Assembly: GCA_937902425.1 (NCBI GenBank)
Contig: CALFNB010000065.1
Span: forward strand, 3,167 to 67,166
Source: an uncultured Acetobacteraceae bacterium
GTDB lineage: Bacteria > Pseudomonadota > Alphaproteobacteria > Acetobacterales > Acetobacteraceae
DNA length: 64,000 nucleotides
Reading direction: 5' to 3'
Shown here: positions 57,398 to 64,000 of the stretch, in pieces
Layout: the number at the start of each line of letters is the position of its first letter
How positions within the stretch are numbered: the first letter of the stretch is position 1
Notes under the pieces: generated by a model
What the model saw: only the letters and a program-made list of their open reading frames with translations
Databases searched by the model: none
What the model was told of the DNA's origin: nothing
Translations under genes and position numbers: made by a program

Positions 57398-57430
57398 GTG
57401 TCATACAACAGTCATCAATTGGTCATTAAA
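57398..57430 (+). promoter_or_regulatory. Triple Pho-box-like repeat (PhoB site)
   Basis: GTGTCAT-ACAA-CAGTCAT-CAAT-TGGTCAT-TAAA, exact 11-bp period with AT-rich spacers; consensus CTGTCAT-N4. Confidence 0.75.
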
Positions 57431-57523
57431 CGGGCAAGGTCCATACCGGCGATGCAAGCCACCAGCTAAACCCAACCCGAGCTAAACACGGGCAACACCC
57501 ATCGCGCAACGAGGCATCATCAA

Positions 57524-58645
57524 ATGGCAACGCGTGAGCTTCAGGTCGTATCAGGCACGGTGATCGCGTGCCGGCTGTTCGACATCGCTGATTCCATCGA
57601 CCTGGCGGAGGCGGAAGCGCTGTGGGGCCAACAACCACGAGCCGGCCTCACGCGGGGCCGCCTGGTCTCCACTCCGTCGAAAGCCGTGGCGTTCGGCGTC
57701 GCGCCGCTGGATATCCCGCTGGAGCCGGTTCAACTGCGATTGGATGGCATCGATCATTGGGCCAGCGCGACGGCCCGGCTGTACGACTTCGGCGTGACGC
57801 GCCTGGCGTTGCACATTCCGGCGGACAATCTGTCGTGGACCGGCTTCACCCGGCGTCTCATCGCGGTCGATCGCCATGTCGGGCCCGCCGCCGGGGCGCC
57901 GGTGTGGGCCACGCTGCTCGATCACGTGCGTCAGACATTCGCCAGCACCTTGCTCCGTCCCACGCGGGAGATGTTGGAGGAAGACTACCTCATCGGCACG
58001 GTTCGCGCCTTCGATGAGACACCCGACGCCGAGGCATTGCTACAGCGTATCGATCTGGTGCCGCTGCTGTCCGGCGAGGAGCGGCCGTTGTCCGAAAGCA
58101 CGCGCCGCGATTTGCTGCGCCAGCGGTTTTCCTGGTACACTGACGATCTGGTCGTGATGACCTGGGACCGCGCCTTCATTTATGAGCCGCGCGGTAACTC
58201 CGACGTCATGGATGTGCTGGACGTCGCCAACGCGCAGTTGCTGGAAATGCGTTACTACGATCAGCTGCTGGATGCCGAGTTGCCAAATATGTATGATTTG
58301 GTGCAGGCGATGCAGCGCGCGCGTCCGCTGTTGGGCTCTCGCCGCTTCGCCAATCTGGCGCGGCGGTTCTATACACTCGTGGCCGAGGTAACGGAACTGC
58401 GGGAGAAGGTGGATAACGCTCTTCAGGTTACCGAAGACGTATATCTGGCGCGTATCTACACCGCGGCGCATGACCTGTTCCGCGTCGGCTCGGTCAATGC
58501 CGCGGTGGACCGCAAACTGGCGATCATCCGCGACACGTATACCGCCTTGTACGACGAAGCGTCGGCTGCGCGGTCAACCCTGATGGAAGCCGCGATCATC
58601 GTGCTGATCGTGATCGAGGTCGTTCTGGCCCTGCCACGTCCCTGA
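57524..58645 (+). CDS. RMD1/DUF155-like protein with C-terminal TM
   Basis: GAGG SD; ANAQLLEMRYYD, D.YLARIY, VDRKL..I..TY, LMEAAIIVLIVIEV. Confidence 0.75.
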   Translation: MATRELQVVSGTVIACRLFDIADSIDLAEAEALWGQQPRAGLTRGRLVSTPSKAVAFGVAPLDIPLEPVQLRLDGIDHWASATARLYDFGVTRLALHIPADNLSWTGFTRRLIAVDRHVGPAAGAPVWATLLDHVRQTFASTLLRPTREMLEEDYLIGTVRAFDETPDAEALLQRIDLVPLLSGEERPLSESTRRDLLRQRFSWYTDDLVVMTWDRAFIYEPRGNSDVMDVLDVANAQLLEMRYYDQLLDAELPNMYDLVQAMQRARPLLGSRRFANLARRFYTLVAEVTELREKVDNALQVTEDVYLARIYTAAHDLFRVGSVNAAVDRKLAIIRDTYTALYDEASAARSTLMEAAIIVLIVIEVVLALPRP

Positions 58646-58795
58646 CACGGTGCCACGAATCATCGCGGGGACCGGTCAATATCGCATGCGATGCCGGGTT
58701 CAACCTGACAGGCGAATGCCACCACGCTTCTATCGGATCATCCGGGATGCCAGGATGTCGATGCCAGTCCGCATCCCGCCCAGAGGAGAGTCCAA

Positions 58796-59461
58796 ATGCC
58801 CACCTTCAACATTGGCTTCGTGATTTTTCCCGACCTGACGCAGCTCGATTTCACCGGACCGTTGCAGGTGCTCAATCGGCTGCCGGACTCGAAGACCCAT
58901 ATCGTCGCGAAGTCGCTCGATCCGGTGCCGAGCGACTGCGGGCTCGGCCTTGTCCCAACCACGACGTTCCGGGATTGTCCGCGTCTCGATCTGATCTGCG
59001 TGCCAGGTGGTTTCGGTGTCGTGAAGGCGATGACCGACCGCGAAACCGTCGACTTCGTGAAACGCCAGGCGGAGCATGCGCGGTATATCACGTCGGTCTG
59101 CACCGGCGCATTCATCCTCGGCATGGCCGGCCTGCTGAAGGGACGCCGGGCCACCACGCATTGGGCTTACACGGATTTGCTGTCCAGCGTGGGGGCGACG
59201 TTCGAGAAGGCGCGCGTCGTGTGGGATGGCAACGTGATCACCGCCGGAGGCGTGACCTCGGGGATCGATTTCGCACTGCGGATCGCGGCCGGGATCGCCG
59301 GGGACGAGGTGGCTCAATCGATCCAGCTCAGCATCGAGTACGATCCCGCGCCGCCGTTCGCCTCCGGGCATCCGGATCGCGCCCCGGCGGCGATCAGGCA
59401 GCGTCTGGATCCGATGTTTTCAAAGCGGCGCGCGGCTTACCGGGACGCCCTGACGATGTAA
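58796..59461 (+). CDS. DJ-1/PfpI-family protein (isonitrile hydratase-like)
   Basis: FPDLTQLDFTGP, VPGG.G, SVCTG, ATTHW, GGVTSGID, IEYDPAPPF.SG. Confidence 0.9.
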   Translation: MPTFNIGFVIFPDLTQLDFTGPLQVLNRLPDSKTHIVAKSLDPVPSDCGLGLVPTTTFRDCPRLDLICVPGGFGVVKAMTDRETVDFVKRQAEHARYITSVCTGAFILGMAGLLKGRRATTHWAYTDLLSSVGATFEKARVVWDGNVITAGGVTSGIDFALRIAAGIAGDEVAQSIQLSIEYDPAPPFASGHPDRAPAAIRQRLDPMFSKRRAAYRDALTM

Positions 59462-59572
59462 GGCGCGGCCCTGGAGTCAATAATCATCACGCCGCTGGAC
59501 AGTCGTATCAATTCATCACAAGGTCTTGCACGCCCGGCTTCATCGCCGGGCAATTGTCGTGAGAAGGAACCA

Positions 59573-63501
<3,929 letters not shown>

Positions 63502-63791
63502 CGCGGCGTTAGGTGGACTCGTCTTGGGCGACCAGGGCGGGGCGAGTTTTTTCTGGCCGCACCATTGCCAGCCCCGGCGTGCGGGCGCCAGGGCATGGAA
63601 ATCCATCGTCGCCGACACGGTCGAGCACCGACCCAGGTCGGATCCAGTCAGCCCATCGAAAGGTCCCTGAAGCGGACGCCTGAGGCTTCCGCTGCCTGTA
63701 AAGGTCGGATACCCAGGCCGGGGGCCCGACAAGGCGGTAACCGCCAGATGGACATGACGGGATCGTGGATACGCGTTTCGCAATGCAATGA

Positions 63792-64000
<209 letters not shown>

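Overview
High-GC alphaproteobacterial DNA; the gene content suggests Acetobacteraceae (Rhodopila/Acidisphaera-like), which is an inference. From left to right: (1) a candidate peptide system at 1-5.2 kb: a BTAD/TPR regulator flanked by a repetitive FxFG-DG precursor-like peptide (followed by a frameshifted DUF6065 gene and a DMT transporter) and a divergent double-glycine-leader peptide with an INPQPLPP core, then a Crp/Fnr regulator; (2) an ABC exporter, SDR and Baeyer-Villiger monooxygenase; (3) an 8.7-kb cyclic beta-1,2-glucan synthase; (4) a partly eroded stress/envelope island at 20.8-35.3 kb (CheB-CheR-kinase-REC-REC-LuxR hybrid, truncated PhaC, CsbD, DUF3309-like, entericidin, OmpA, Spy/CpxP-like, several small ORFs and pseudogene fragments); (5) mgtA, TauD dioxygenase, a lone xanthine-dehydrogenase-type large subunit, GT25, fatty-acid hydroxylase; (6) CIRCE-groES-groEL, transglutaminase, TRAP transporter; (7) an overlapping four-gene operon (long DUF47 protein, C-terminally truncated PPDK, orphan pstB, ornithine-type decarboxylase) sharing a Pho-box/FNR-box intergenic region with a divergent RMD1-like gene; (8) DJ-1/PfpI, DUF4242, a decaying dimeric icd back-to-back with an intact monomeric IDH, and a partial SDR. 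I saw no rRNA, tRNA, CRISPR array or intact transposase. Family names come from motif recognition, not database searches.
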